This document shows positions 25,641 through 37,720 of a stretch of DNA of 64,000 nt, in pieces. The first letter of the stretch is position 1, and each line of letters begins with the position of its first letter. The notes under the pieces were generated by a model. It saw nothing but the letters and a program-made list of their open reading frames with translations. It did no database searches and had not been told where the DNA came from. Position numbers and translations under genes: made by a program. The DNA is from Mobula hypostoma (taxonomy: Eukaryota). The stretch spans positions 251,474,001-251,538,000 of the forward strand of contig NC_086097.1 of NCBI RefSeq assembly GCF_963921235.1, written 5' to 3'.

Positions 25641-27288
25641 AGATCGACCCGCCTTACAACGGCGATGTGCAGAAGATAGACCCGCCTTACAACGGTGGTG
25701 TGCAGAAGATAGACCCGCCTTACAACGGTGGTGTGCAGAAGACAAACCTGTCTTACAATGGTGGTGTGCAGAAGATAGACCCGTGTTACAACGGTGATGT
25801 ACAGAAGATAGACCCGTGTTACAATGGTGATGTGCAGAAGATACACCCGTTTTACAATGGTGGTGTGCAGAAGATCGACCCGTGTTACAACGGTGCTGTG
25901 CAGAAGATAGACCCGTCTTACAATGGTGGTGTGCAGAAGATAGACCCGTGTTACAATGGTGGTGTGCTGAAGATAGACCTGTGTTACAACGGTGATGTGC
26001 AGAAGATAGACCCATGTTACAATGGTGATGTGCAGAAGATAGACCCGCCTTACAACGGTTGTGTGCAGAAGACTGACCCGTGTTACAACGGTGGTGTGCA
26101 GAAGATAGACCCGTGTTACAACAGTGATGTGCAGAAGATAGACCCGTTTTACAATGGTGGTGTGCAGAAGATCGACCCGCCTTACAACGGTGATGTGCAG
26201 AAGATAGACCCGTGTTACAATGGTGGTGTGCAGAAGATAGACCCGTGTTACAACGGTGGTGTGCAGAAGATCGACCTGTGTTACAACGGTGGTGTGCAGA
26301 AGATCGACCCGCCTTACAACGGTGATGTGCAGAAGATAGACCTGTGTTACAATGGTGATGTGCAGAAGATAGACCCGCCTTACAACGGTGGTGTGCAGAA
26401 GATAGACCCGTGTTACAACGGTGATGTGCAGAAGATCGACCCGTGTTACAATGGTGGTGTGCTGAAGATAGACCCGTGTTACAACGGTGATGTGCAGAGG
26501 ATAGACCCGTCTTACAATGGTGGTGTGCAGAAGATAGACCCGTGTTACAACGGTGGTGTGCAGAAGATCGACCCGTGTTACAACGGTGGTGTGCAGAGGA
26601 TAGACCCGTGTTACAACGGTGGTGTGCAGAAGATAGACCCGTGTTACAACGGTAGTGTGCAGAAGATTGACCCATTTTACAACGGTTGTGTGCAGAAGAT
26701 CGACCCGTGTTACAACGGTGATGTGCAGAAGATAGACCCGTGTTACAACGGTGATGTGCAGAAGATAGACCCGTGTTACAACGGTGGTGTGCAGAAGATA
26801 GACCCGTGTTACAACGGTGGTGTGCAGAAGAGCGACCCGCCTTACAACGGTGATGTGCAGAAGATAGACCCGTGTTACAACGGTGGTGTGCAGAAGATAG
26901 ACCCGCCTTACAACGGTGGTGTGCAGAAGACAGACCCATCTTACAATGGTGGTGTGCAGAAGATAGACCCGTTTTACAACGGTGGTGTGCAGAAGATAGA
27001 CCCGTTTTACAACGGTGGTGTGCAGAAGATAGACCCGTTTTACAACGGTGATGTGCAGAAGATAGACCCGTGTTACAACGGTGGTGTGCAGAAGATAGAC
27101 CCGTGTTACAATGGTGATGTGCAGAAGATAGACCCGTTTTACAACGGTGGTGTGCAGAAGATCGACCCGTGTTACAACGGTGGTGTGCAGAAGATAGACC
27201 CGTGTTACAATGGTGATGTGCAGAAGATAGACCCGTGTTACAACAGTGGTGTGCAGAAGATAGACCCATTTTACAACGGTGGTGTGCA
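25641..27288. repeat. 33-bp VNTR, ~50 copies (gtgcagaagatagacccgtgttacaacggtggt)
   Basis: Uninterrupted tandem units; 11-aa periodicity in the ORF track. Confidence 0.97.
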
Positions 27289-27469
27289 CAGGAGCATCTC
27301 TGAATGCACAACGTGTCAAACCTTGAAGTGGATGAGTTCCAGAAGTGGAAGACCATGAACATACACTGTGTCCAGTTTATTACATACAGGAGGTAACGAA
27401 TAAAATGGCCACTTGTATGTTGGGAAGTTCATTATTTTATGGCAGTACAGTTCAAGACATAAAAAATAC

Positions 27470-28075
27470 TAGATTAGATTAGATTATGAGGACACAGTCC
27501 TCTTTTATTGTCATTTAGTAATGCATGTGTTAAGAAATGATACAATATTCCTCCAGTGTGATATCACAGAAACACAGGACAGACCAAGACTGAAAAACTG
27601 ACAAAAACCACATAATTATAACATATGATTACAACAGTGCAAGCAATACTGTAACCTGATGAAAAACAGGCTGTGGGCACGGTAGAAAAGTTCAAAGTCT
27701 CTCAAAAGTCCCACATCTCACACAGACAGCAGAAGGAAGAAAACTCTCCCTGCCATGCCTGACCACAGTCCGACTCTGAGTCGTCCGAAAACTTTGAGCC
27801 TCCGAATCAGCCCTCCGACACCGAGTACCGAGCACCATCTCTGCCGAGCGATTTGACCCCAGCCCCGGCCGCCAGCAGCAGGCAAAGCCAAGGATTTGGG
27901 GCCTTCCCTCCGGAGATTCTCGATCGTGCAGTAGCAGCGGCAGCGAACCGGTATTTCAGAAGTTACTCCAGATGTTCCTCCGTGCTTCTCATGGCTGTCT
28001 CCATCAAATCAGAATTGTGCACGGTACGCTAATTAACAAATACGATATCATTTCGCCGGAGAGGCTGCGCACGCT
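27470..28075 (-). mobile_element. YY1-head retroposon copy C
   Basis: Reverse complement of copy A, lacking the first ~28 bp; (aatct)n tail. Confidence 0.8.
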
Positions 28076-28293
28076 ATAAATTATAATAAGAAATATAAAA
28101 CTAATAAATAGGTAGTGCAAAAAGAGAGTAAAGAAGTGAGGCAGTGTTCATGGGTTCATTGTCTATTCAGAAGTCTGATGGCTGAGGGAAAGAAGCTGTT
28201 CCTGAAACATCGAGTGTGTGCCTTCTGGCTCCTGTACCTCCTTCCTGATGGTAGCAATGAGAAGAGGGCGTGCCCTGGGTGATGGGGGTCCTT

Positions 28294-28586
28294 CATGGTG
28301 GGTGCTGTCTTTTTGAGTCATTGCCTTTTGAAGCTGTCTCTGAGGGTGGGGAGGGTGGTGCTCATGGTGGGTGCTGTCTTTTTGAGTCATTGCCTTTTGA
28401 AGCTGTCTCTGAGGGTGGGGAGGGTGGTGCTCATGATGGGTGCTGTCTTTTTGAGTCATTGCCTTTTGAAGCTGTCTCTGAGGGTGGGGAGGGTGGTGCT
28501 GTCTCTGAGGGTGGGGAGGGTGCTGCTGTCTCTGAGGGTGGGGAGGGTGGTGCTGTCTCTGAGGGTGGGGAGGGTGGTGCTCATGA
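28294..28586. repeat. Compound tandem repeat (69-bp x3 plus 27-bp subunit) within a Rex1-like fragment
   Basis: Units start at 28294, 28363 and 28432, followed by repeated gctgtctctgagggtggggagggtggt. Confidence 0.9.
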
Positions 28587-29791
28587 TGGAGCTGGCTGAA
28601 CTTGCAGTCCTCTGCAGCCATTCCCGATTTGTGCAGCTGCAGGGGTCCCTCCAAACCGCATGGTGACGTAATCAGTTACAATGCTCTCCGCAGTGTATCT
28701 GTAGAAACTTGACAGAGTCTTTGGTGACATATCAAATCTCCTCCAACCTGCAATGAAGTATAGCTATGATGAGAGACCTTGGGGAGGAAGGTTAGGACCC
28801 AAGTGCTGGAGTATCCGAGACTAGAATTGAGGCACGATACAAGACTGAAATGAAGACAGGGTTCTAAATTCGATGCTAGATGAGAATCCAAACCTGAGCT
28901 GATGACTGAGCACTGCTCTTTAAATATTAAATCCAGGCGCCAAAACACGGCTGACAATTAGTGCGGCCGTCGGCTATCCACACTCTGTCTAAACCCTGGA
29001 AGCTGCCATGGTTGGGTTCATGTCATAACAGGACCCCTTGCCCTACTGCTGATGGCCCTGGCTACATAGAGAGATGGTGATGGTAGTCATGGATGAGAGC
29101 TGGATCCAAGATGTCCCTTTCAGGAACCCAGCACCATCCCTCCGGTCTGAATCCTTCTCAGTTGACAAGGACTGCTGAACACTCCGAACAGTTCGTGAAT
29201 CCAAAACTCTTCTCACAGTGAAGACATGTTCCCCATCGACGAACTTGGGTGGTGGCGGGACTGATGGTGATGGGGCTAAAGGGCTGGTGTTCACAGGTTT
29301 TAATTTGGAAATGGGGAAAGTGGGATTGATTGTGAGGGTCTTGGGGAGCTGCAAGATGTGAGCCACCAGGCTTACTTTCCTGAAAATCTTGAAGCAGTCC
29401 AATGAAATTGTGCACCAATTCCCCAGACTCCACTCGGAGAGGCAAACCCTGAATCGACAGCCAGCCCTGTTGCCCAGGCTGCAAAATTAGTCCCTGTATT
29501 CGCTTGTGGTTAGCTTTTATTTCAGCCTTCAGGGAGAAGCTAACAAGATTTCACTTACCCTAATCCATTTCCCCTTGCAGTGTAGGACAAGATCTTTGGC
29601 CCCAGGAACCCCAACCTTGGCCTCCTTCTCAGGGAAGAGTGCTAGAGAATACGCAAATTGGCATTCAAAAGGGGACATCCCGTGCGCCAAATGCCGTAAA
29701 GTGTTGTGGGCGACCTTTGCCCATATCAAATGGTCGCACCGCTCATCCATCTTTCAGAGGCCAGGCATCTTAGGGTTCGTTCCAACAAAAA

Positions 29792-30469
29792 GGAGGGAGG
29801 AGAAGATGGCAGCGTGATGCAGCATGTGCGGCCGCTCCAAATTGCTATCGTATTAGTTAAGTAGGGGCCGTGCACAATCCTGATTTGATGGAGGCGGAAG
29901 TGAGAAGCACGGAGGAACATCTGGAGAAACTTCTGAAATGCCTGCTTAGCTGCCGCTGCTACTGTGCAATCGAGAATCAGTGGAGGGGAGGGACCCAAAT
30001 CCTCAGCTTTGCCTATTGCCCGTTGCCGGGGCCGGGGTCGAAGTGCTCGGCAGAGATGGTGCTCAGTGTCGGAGGGCTGGTCGGATGCTCGAAGTTTTTG
30101 GATGGACTCAGAGTCGGACTGTGGTCGGGTGCTTCCAGGATGCTGCATCGGCAAGTTTGCAGCGCTGGAAACTCATGGTAGGGAGTTTCTCCCTTCAAAC
30201 GTCTGTGTGAGATGATGGGACTTTCTAGAGACTTGGAGACTTTTTTTTTACCGTGCCCATGGTCTGTTTTTCATCCAATTACGGTATTGCTTTGCACTGT
30301 TGTAACTATATGTTATAATTATGTGATTTTTGTCAGTTTTTTAAGTCTTGATTTGTCTTGTGTTTCTGTGATATCATCCTGGAGGAACAAATTGTATCAT
30401 TTCTTAATGCATACATTACTAAATGACAATAAAAGAGGACTGTGTGTCCTCATGATCTAATCTAAAAAA
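29792..30469 (+). mobile_element. YY1-head retroposon copy D, inserted in the gypsy integrase
   Basis: Same 5' start GGAGGGAGGAGAAGATGGC as copy A; aatctaa tail. Confidence 0.82.
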
Positions 30470-31654
30470 TAATGTAAACTCTTGGTTCACCGGCTCCATC
30501 TGACCATTGGACTGCATACGAAACTCCAAGGAAAGAGTTGCTGTTGCCCCAGTCAGCTTACAGGATACCCTCCAAAAATGTGATGTGAATTGCCGACTGA
30601 GATCCGACACAACGTCCATCAGAAAACCATGGATCCTGAAGATCTGGTGCAGGAGAATCTCAGCTGTCTCCACTGCAGATGGTAGTCTGTCCAAGGCGAT
30701 GAATTTGCAGGCTTTCGAAAAATGCTCCATAATTACCATGATAATGGTCTTCCCCTTCAAAGGATGAAGACCCATGGAGATGGGCGCCCATGGTCTTTCT
30801 GGAACGAGTGGAAGGTGAAGGAGTCCCTTGAGGTTTGGTGTGGGGCTGCTTGTTCCAGGCGCAAACCTTGCATGCCTGTACACATTGACAGACCTCCGTC
30901 ACCAATCCTGCCACCAGTATCTCCTCTTAATGAACTCGAGGGTCCTGGCAATCCCTGGGCAAGATGTCAATCTTGATGCAGGTCCCCATTGAAGAACCTG
31001 AGACTGGGTGGGACTAGCAATGTCACCTTGTGCCTGGGCCTTGCAAACAAGTGTGTTGATCCCCCAACGAATTGGCGCTCTCATGTTGGCTTGGGGTAAA
31101 ATGGTTTTAGACTGCTCCCCTTGCTCGGGTTTGTCAAACTGATAGGACAAGGCATCTGGTTTCTGGTTCTTCAACCCCGGTCAATGGATCAGGATGAAAT
31201 TACAATGGTTAAAGAAAAGAGACCACCTGGCCTGCCAGGAATTCGGTCTCCTGGCCTCCTGAGTATAAGCCAGGTTCTCGTAGACTGTCCATACATCAAA
31301 AGGGTTCATGGTTCCCTCATGCCAGTGACACCATTCTTCCAGAACCAACTAGACTGCGAGCAGCTCTCTATTTCCGATGTTGTTGTCATCGCTGCTGGGG
31401 ATAGCTGCCTAGAAAAGAACGCACACAGGTGCAGTTTGTTATCTGAAGGTGTCCATTGGGACAACATTGCACCCACTCCGAGGTCCGAGGCATCCACCTC
31501 CACGGGTCCAGGTTAGTGCAGCAAAAAAATGGAGCTGTCATGAACCGCTGTTTGAGCTCAGTGAAAGCAGCCTCCACTTTGGTAGTCCAAACAAAAATGC
31601 CCGTGGATCTTTTGTGCAGGAGGAGGGACTTGTGGGTCAATGTACCTGATCCAT

Positions 31655-32036
31655 TTTGTTCATTTTGTTTGTGTGAGAGGAGGGACTGGGAAGGGTGGAT
31701 TGCCTGATCTGTTTTGTTCGTTCTTGTTTTGTGCGAGGGCAGGGTTTTGGGGGATTGATGTGCACGATCTGTTTTGTTTGGTTTAGTTTTGTGTGGGAGG
31801 AGGGATTTGGGGGACGATGTGCATGATCTGTTGTGTTCGTTTTTGTGTGCGGAGGGATTTGGGGGGGGGACGATGTGCCTGATCCGTTTTGTTCGTCTTT
31901 GTGTGGGGAGGTGTGAATTGGGGTTTGATGATCGTGCTGCCTTTCTTTTCTTTCTGGGTTTCATGGCTACCCGGAGAACTGAAGAATTCCAGAGTTGCAT
32001 ACTTCGGTAATAAAATGAACCTTTGAACCTTTGAAT
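31655..32036 (+). mobile_element. Short retroposon with ~58-bp internal repeats and LINE-like tail (related copy at 3139-3480, minus strand)
   Basis: Repeated gatctgttttgtt...ttttgtgtg.gagg; tail aataaaatgaacctttgaacctttgaa. Confidence 0.5.
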
Positions 32037-32124
32037 TCATGTCCTCGTTATGATTCTCTATCCTCATCCGCAAGACCAATGTCTGCTGCCGGATCTGCCC
32101 CGAACCAAGCGGACGACTGTCCAG

Positions 32125-32414
32125 CCATAAATGCAGATGCTGGAGATCAATTTCCCAGCTCTTTAATTCACCCCTCCCCCTCCCGGTTTCACCTATCACC
32201 TTATATTTCCCCCTCCCCTCCCCCCACATTTTTGACTCTTCTTTATCTTTATTTCTCCAGTCCGACTGAAGGGTCTCGGCCCGAAACGTCAACTGTTCTC
32301 TTTTCCATAGATGCAGCCTGGCCTGCTGAGCTCCTCCGGCATTGATTGTGTGTGTGTGCATGTGTGTGTATGTTTGCGTGTGTGCGTGTGTGTGTGTGCG
32401 TGTGTGTGTTGCTT
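32125..32414. mobile_element. PLE insertion in the gypsy protease, with inverted tip and (TG)n expansion
   Basis: 14-bp TSD ggacg[a/g]ctgtccag at 32111-32124 and 32415-32428 duplicates codons LDSRP. Mutated hammerhead at ~32258-32295. Confidence 0.8.
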
Positions 32415-33861
32415 GGACGGCTGTCCAGGACAGTTGCGAGGATGGGCTGGATCAACTTCTGTAGTCGTATGTTGAACCAGTGGACGGTCCCCAGGTCCAG
32501 GAAATTTCCAGCTGCCCCTGAATCCAAAAAGGTATTCACCTCACATCAGTTCTTACCCCTGAAGATCTCCGCCCTCAGTGTGACACCTAAAGTCTGTGAG
32601 GTTGGGAGTAGTAGCTGCTACTGTCAGACCTTCTGACACAGGATGGTCTTAACAGTTCTCCAATGGCTGAAGCTTTGACCTTCCCAGCAGTGATAACAGC
32701 AGCCTTGTCTCCGATGCTGAAATATCTCATTGGCGGAGATTCTTACGTAGCTGGCTTGCATGGGCTCGACAGGATCCTGAGGAGGAGATGGGCTGATCAT
32801 CGTCCGAGGCTGGGGCGTGGATCTGCGATGCATTGAGGCCAGGCTTGGACTAGCCCTCTTCGACCTCTTGAGGTAGTTTCCCTCATTTCGCCAGGCGATT
32901 ATCAAGGTGGATGGACTGATCAATCTGAGCCTCTAAGTCATCTACTGGCTTCCTCAAGGGAAGGGCATCCTTTGGTTCACCTCAGAGTCCGTGGGGTACA
33001 GAGTGACCAAGGCCTCCCCATTCCAGCCACTCTCATCGGCCAAAGTCTGAAACTCAATGACAAAGTTGACTGCTGACCGACTGCCCTGACACGCCCTCAT
33101 CAGACTGTCCGAGGCTCAGTTAGCTCCGGTGGGATGATGGAACACCCTCTTCACGGTGGTCATGAATTCCTCCAAATCTGAGCAAATCTCTGACCTTTGC
33201 CCCCAATGCTCAGTGGCCCAGGCCAGGGCTCTCCTGGTCAGGACAGAGATAATGAAGGCCGCCTTTCCACGCTTGTAAGGAACTGGGCCGGCTGGAGTTG
33301 GAACACCAGTGACCATTGAGTAAAGAGGCCGTGGCAAGAGTCTGGGTCTTTGTGTCTCTCCAGGGTCTGTCGAGTGACTGACAGCCTCACCCGAGCGACT
33401 CTGGCTTCCTCCCTGCGATAGTTGGCACACAGCAATCTGGAGGTTGTGTAACTCCAGGATCTGTCTTGAAACTTCCTCACTGTGGCTGGCCTCAGCTGAC
33501 AGGAGGCTCCGGTACCCGACTGGGTCCACGTTGGCTCAGTCGTGCTGAGACCTAGACGAGGATGGTTTGGACCCAAGTGCTGGAGTATCCAGGACTAGAA
33601 TTAAGGCACGATACAAGACTGAAACAAAGGCAGTGTTCTCAACTAAATGTTAGACAAAAATCCAGATTATAGCTGATGACTGAGCACCAAACCTCAGTTC
33701 AGGAGCTCTTTAAATATTAAATCCTGGTGTCAAAATATAGCCGCCAATTAGTGGGGCAGCCTGATTCTGTAAAGGAGCTGTGCCAGCTATCCATATTCTG
33801 GAGAGTTAGAGCGTCCAAAACCAGGAAGATGGGTGGGTGTGGTTGGGTGCGTGTTGTAACA

Positions 33862-34680
33862 GTGGCCACTTTATTCGGTACAGGAGTGGAATCCATTGTG
33901 GCCCAACCACTTCAAAGTTTAATGTGTTGTACACTCAGAGATGCTGTTCTGCACACCACTGTTGTAACCCAGACATCCCACCTCTCCCGGAAGTTCCGGG
34001 AGTCTCCCGCATATTAATAGTGGCTCCCTGATGCCCGCAAATTATATACAATATCACGGAAATCAATTTTTTTGAGAGCGAGCGCAAGCAAGAGAGAGTG
34101 TGAGAGAGAACGAGAGAGCGAGATACAGCAAGCAAGAGAAAGCAAGCGAGAGTGCTTGAGAGCGCACGAGCGACCACGAGAGAGAGAGAGAGCGCACGAG
34201 CGAGAGCACACCATGGCAGAGTGTTCCAAAGAAAATATAAAACGTACGTCACCCCAGACTACACTAAAGTGTACCCCTGCCTAATAGGGGTTAAAAATAA
34301 TGACAGTGTTGCTCGCTGTGCTGTTTGCAACAGTGACTTTTCTATTGCCCATGGTGGGTTAAGACTGTAAAAGACGTGTTGAGGTGAGTTTAACAGGTGT
34401 CATTCCTTCATTAGCATAGCTAATGTTATTTAAACTAGCTGGCCAGCTGCTAAGGAGCTACTCTATTGCAGACATCCCACCTCTCTCGGAAGTCTCCCGC
34501 AAATTGATGGTGCTACCTCCCTGAAATGAGTTTTTGCAGGGTGGGATGTCTGTGTAACCCGTGGTTATTTAAGTTACTGTCACCTTCCTGTCAGCTTGAA
34601 CCAGTCTGGCCATTCTCCTCTGACCTCTCTCATTAACAAGACTTTTTCGCCCACAAAACTGCTGCTCATTTGATGTTTTT
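33862..34680 (-). mobile_element. Second Tc1-like fragment, split by a hAT element
   Basis: gtggccactttatt TIR; reverse complement matches 25560-25640 and 27290-27330 with a single 33-bp-like unit. Confidence 0.7.
33970..34552 (+). mobile_element. Non-autonomous hAT (Tip100-like) element
   Basis: TIR cagacatcccacc / ggtgggatgtctg; flanking duplication tgtaacc; BED-finger-like ARCAVCNSDFSIAHGG remnant. Confidence 0.75.
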
Positions 34681-35121
34681 CATGGTAGGTGAGTCTAAGA
34701 CCAGAGGATACAGCCTTGGAGTAGAGAGATGTCCATTTTGAACAGACATGAGGAGGAATTTCTTTAGCCAAAGAATGAGGAATCTGTGGAATTTGTTGCC
34801 ACAAGTTGCTGTGGAGGACAAGTCACTGGGTACCTGTATACTTAAGACAGAGGTTGGTAGATTCTTGACTAGTCGGGTTATGAAGAGTTATGAGGAGAAG
34901 GCAAGATAGAGAGGGCAGAGAGAGAAAATGGATGAACCATCATGAAATGGTGGAGCAGACTTCAGACATCCCACCTCTCCCGGAAGTTCCGGGAGTTTCC
35001 CGCATATTGATAGCGGCTCCCTGATGCCTGGAAATTACATACAATATCCTGGAAATAGATTTTTTTGAGAGGGAGAGAGAGAGGGAGAGCGAGCATCCTG
35101 ATTGGTCTCTCTTTGTGCTAA

Positions 35122-36279
35122 GAGTAGTCCCCAACCACCGGACCACGAGGAAACAATATGAGTCATTTGCACCTTTCCTCATTCCCTGTCACGCACTGTT
35201 GAACTTTAATGCATGCCAGGTCATCAGTGACCCAAGACGTGCAAAGGAATGGGTCCGTGACCCATTTGTGAATGTCCCCGGTGAATCATCCATGTCAGTG
35301 TGGGAAGAAGATCAACTCCTCGAGCTTGCAAATGACGGCGGGCTGAAAAGTATGTTTGACATAACATCTCTGCCGGCATTCTGGATCAAAGTCAAGGCTG
35401 ACTATCCTGAGATAGCCACGAAAGCACTGAAAACGTTGCTTCCATTTCCAACATATTTCTGCGAAGCAGAGTTTTCTGCAATGAATGCAACGAAAACTGA
35501 ATTGCTGAATAGACTGGACATAAGGAATCCCCTTCGAGTATCGCTGTCTCCCATCACCCCTTGATAGGACCGTGTTGTTGCAGGGAAACAAGCCCAGAGC
35601 TCCCACTGATTCAGCGATATTGGTGTGTTGCAATGATTTTATATGTTCATAAGGGGAAAATATGTGCCGTGTGTTTAATATCAAAACATTACTTAAAATG
35701 TTATGATGTGATTGACTTATAAGTGACTTATAATTCAGTGGTCCCCACCCTCCGGGCCGTGAAGAATACAGCGGTGGCCGGAACGCACCCAGCACATCTT
35801 TAAGAAAAAAGGAGAAATAAACAAGCTAATTAATTAGGTGCTGCCCGGCACGTAAATGTCGGCCCAGATCAGAGGCAATTGCTGATTGCGTCGCCTCTGA
35901 TCTAGACCGACAGTTACATGCCAGACGGCACCTAATCAATTAGCTTGTTTATTTCGGCTTTTTTCTTAAAGATGTGCTGGGTGCATCCCGGCTACCACTG
36001 CATTCTTCACGGCCCGGAGGTTTGGGACCACTGTTATAGACTTATCACTACATTCATGTGGGGAAAATATGCACTGTGTGTTTAATATTAAATTCATTAG
36101 ATAAACCCCTTTAGAAACGAAATTAAGTATATCAGCCACTTGCAAGTGGCTTATAGTTGACTTATCACCTATATTCCGGTGGCGTTTAACATCCCTCCCC
36201 CACCCCCCGTCGGCCGGTCCGCAAGAATATTGTCAATATTAAACTGGTCCGTGGTGCAAAAAAGGTTGGGGACCCCCTG
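35122..36279 (+). mobile_element. hAT Charlie/Buster-like element with transposase C-terminal dimerisation domain
   Basis: WVRDPF...FWIKVKADYPEIATKALKTLLPFPTYFCEAEFSAM...LRVSLS; termini agtagtccccaacc / ggttggggaccccctg. Confidence 0.85.
35736..36033. mobile_element. Fully palindromic ~300-bp MITE (Charlie-type ends)
   Basis: cagtggtcccca...tgggaccactg, with arms pairing to a centre at ~35883. Confidence 0.88.
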
Positions 36280-36391
36280 ATTTAAACTAGCCGGCTAGCT
36301 TCCAAGGAGCTACGCTATTGATGTCCTATGTGATGTCCTATCATGTCTCCTCTCAAGACAAAAAAACAACAAAAAAAACCCCAAAAAAATA

Positions 36392-36724
36392 GGTGTACAG
36401 GATAATAAGAGGAATAGATAGAGTGGATAGCCAGCGCCTTTTCCCCAGGGCACCACTGCTCAATGCAAGAGGACTTGGCTTTAAGGTAAGGGGTGGGAAG
36501 TTCAAGGGGGATATTAGAGGAAGGTTTTTTACTCAGAGAGTGGTTGGTGCGTGGAATGCACTGCCTGAGTCAGTGGTGGAGGCAGATACACTAGTGAAGT
36601 TTAAGAGACTAAAAGACAGGTATATGGAGGAATTTAAGGTGGGGGCTTATATGGGAGGCAGGGTTTGAAGGTCAGCACAACATTGTGGGCCGAAGTACTG
36701 TGCTGTACTATTCTATGTTCTATG
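36392..36724 (+). mobile_element. Young CR1 3' fragment
   Basis: YRIIRGIDRVDSQRLFP...FFTQRVVGAWNALP; (ttctatg)n tail. Confidence 0.9.
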
Positions 36725-37239
36725 TGATGAGGCCAAACTCCCCATAGACTTGCTTAGAGTTGTAATAGAATTAACATGATAATATAAGTACATATTTTAA
36801 TGTCACATTTGCTGCATATACCCAACTTGATTTACAGATTAGACAAAATCACTAAACGAAGTATTACATACACCCTTGGAGGTCGACCGGGGGGTGGGGG
36901 CGGTGGAGGGGGGATATGGGGTTGTGGGGGGCGGGGGTGCTACCTCCGTGAAATGAGTTTTTGTAGGGTGGGATGTCTGAGAGACTTGATGGGCCAAATG
37001 GTCTAATTTTGCTCCTGTATCTTATGGTCTTATCAGATGTCTGAATGGTCCATGAATAACTTATTATCCCTTTCTTTTTGCACTATTTATTCCTGTAATT
37101 TATAGGATTTTATGTCTTTGAACTGTACTGCTGCTGCTGCAAAACAACAAATTTCATGTCATATGTCAGTGATAATAAATCTGATTTTGAAATATAAACA
37201 TTCCCCTCAAAATAAAATGACAATGACCACACTTAAAAA

Positions 37240-37720
37240 TAAGCCGCTCGTGTTTGGGAGCCGTGTTTAACATAGGCCATTGATGCCAGGGAAACCATGT
37301 TTTAGATCAGTCGGACAGTATTTTCTGCTGCACTCGTGTGGGGCGTTCCGGCTGGAGAGCAGGGTTGGTTTCTAACTTGTCTATCTGTTATGTCGTAGCT
37401 GGCATCTTAAAACGCATTTTTTTCTGTCCTTCGTTCTGGTGTTTATCAAGGGCGATCGGTACTTGGTATTTATTGAAAAGGTTGCATTTTTGGATAGTCC
37501 CTGTGCTGCGGTTCGGTGTGTGCATCAGATCACGGCTTCCTGTAGCTTCATGAGGGTATTTTCAAACGCCGAATGACTTCTTATATGTTCATTTCCTGTA
37601 CTCACGCGGTCTCGGTAAATTTATCCTCCAAACTGAATATCAGATCTAAAGCAGAGGAGTGCTTTTACTGTTTCCACACTGTATCCTGCAAATGAACCCA
37701 GGCGGTGTGGGTTTGTGTGT
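37240..37720 (+). promoter_or_regulatory. CpG-rich unique island, candidate DPY19L4 promoter / non-coding exon 1
   Basis: About 20 CpGs in ~470 bp by eye count in non-repeat DNA. GGGGCG and TTCCGG motifs at 37340-37351; candidate donors AGG|gttggt (37364) and TCG|gtaaat (37615). Confidence 0.5.

Larger units (their letters stand above)
24383..27417 (+). mobile_element. Tc1-like DNA transposon derivative containing a SINE, an RTE and a VNTR
   Basis: TIR-like agtggccactttattaggtac (24389) and gtaacgaataaaatggccact (27393). Transposase HTH remnant RRMARLVQSNRKVTVTQI...SISECTTCQTLKWM. Confidence 0.7.
28767..33861 (-). mobile_element. Degenerate Ty3/gypsy (Sushi-like chromovirus) LTR retrotransposon
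   Basis: LTRs 28767-29030 and 33543-33861 (TG...CA). gag MDP...ALAWATEHW, protease FLDSGAAGNF, RNase [16 protein letters not shown], integrase PERPW...SNGQMEPVNQE, chromodomain FTVRRVLDSR. Confidence 0.9.
34963..36979 (+). mobile_element. Second hAT (Tip100-like) copy containing nested elements
   Basis: Same TIRs; imperfect 8-bp TSD gcagactt/agagactt within a CR1 3'UTR. Confidence 0.78.

Noticed and set aside
25641..27288. CRISPR-like array of ~33-bp repeats
   Set aside because: Units are contiguous with no unique spacers, there are no cas genes, and the context is eukaryotic.
25482..27362. 626-aa and 581-aa His/Cys-rich minus-strand ORFs as zinc-finger or metal-binding proteins
   Set aside because: They are by-products of a stop-free 33-bp repeat.
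33116..33529. Domesticated gag gene (PEG10/RTL-like)
   Set aside because: It is frameshifted and lies within a decayed LTR element.
35115..35564. Host ZBED5/SCAND3-like gene
   Set aside because: Only the C-terminal dimerisation domain is present, between transposon termini.
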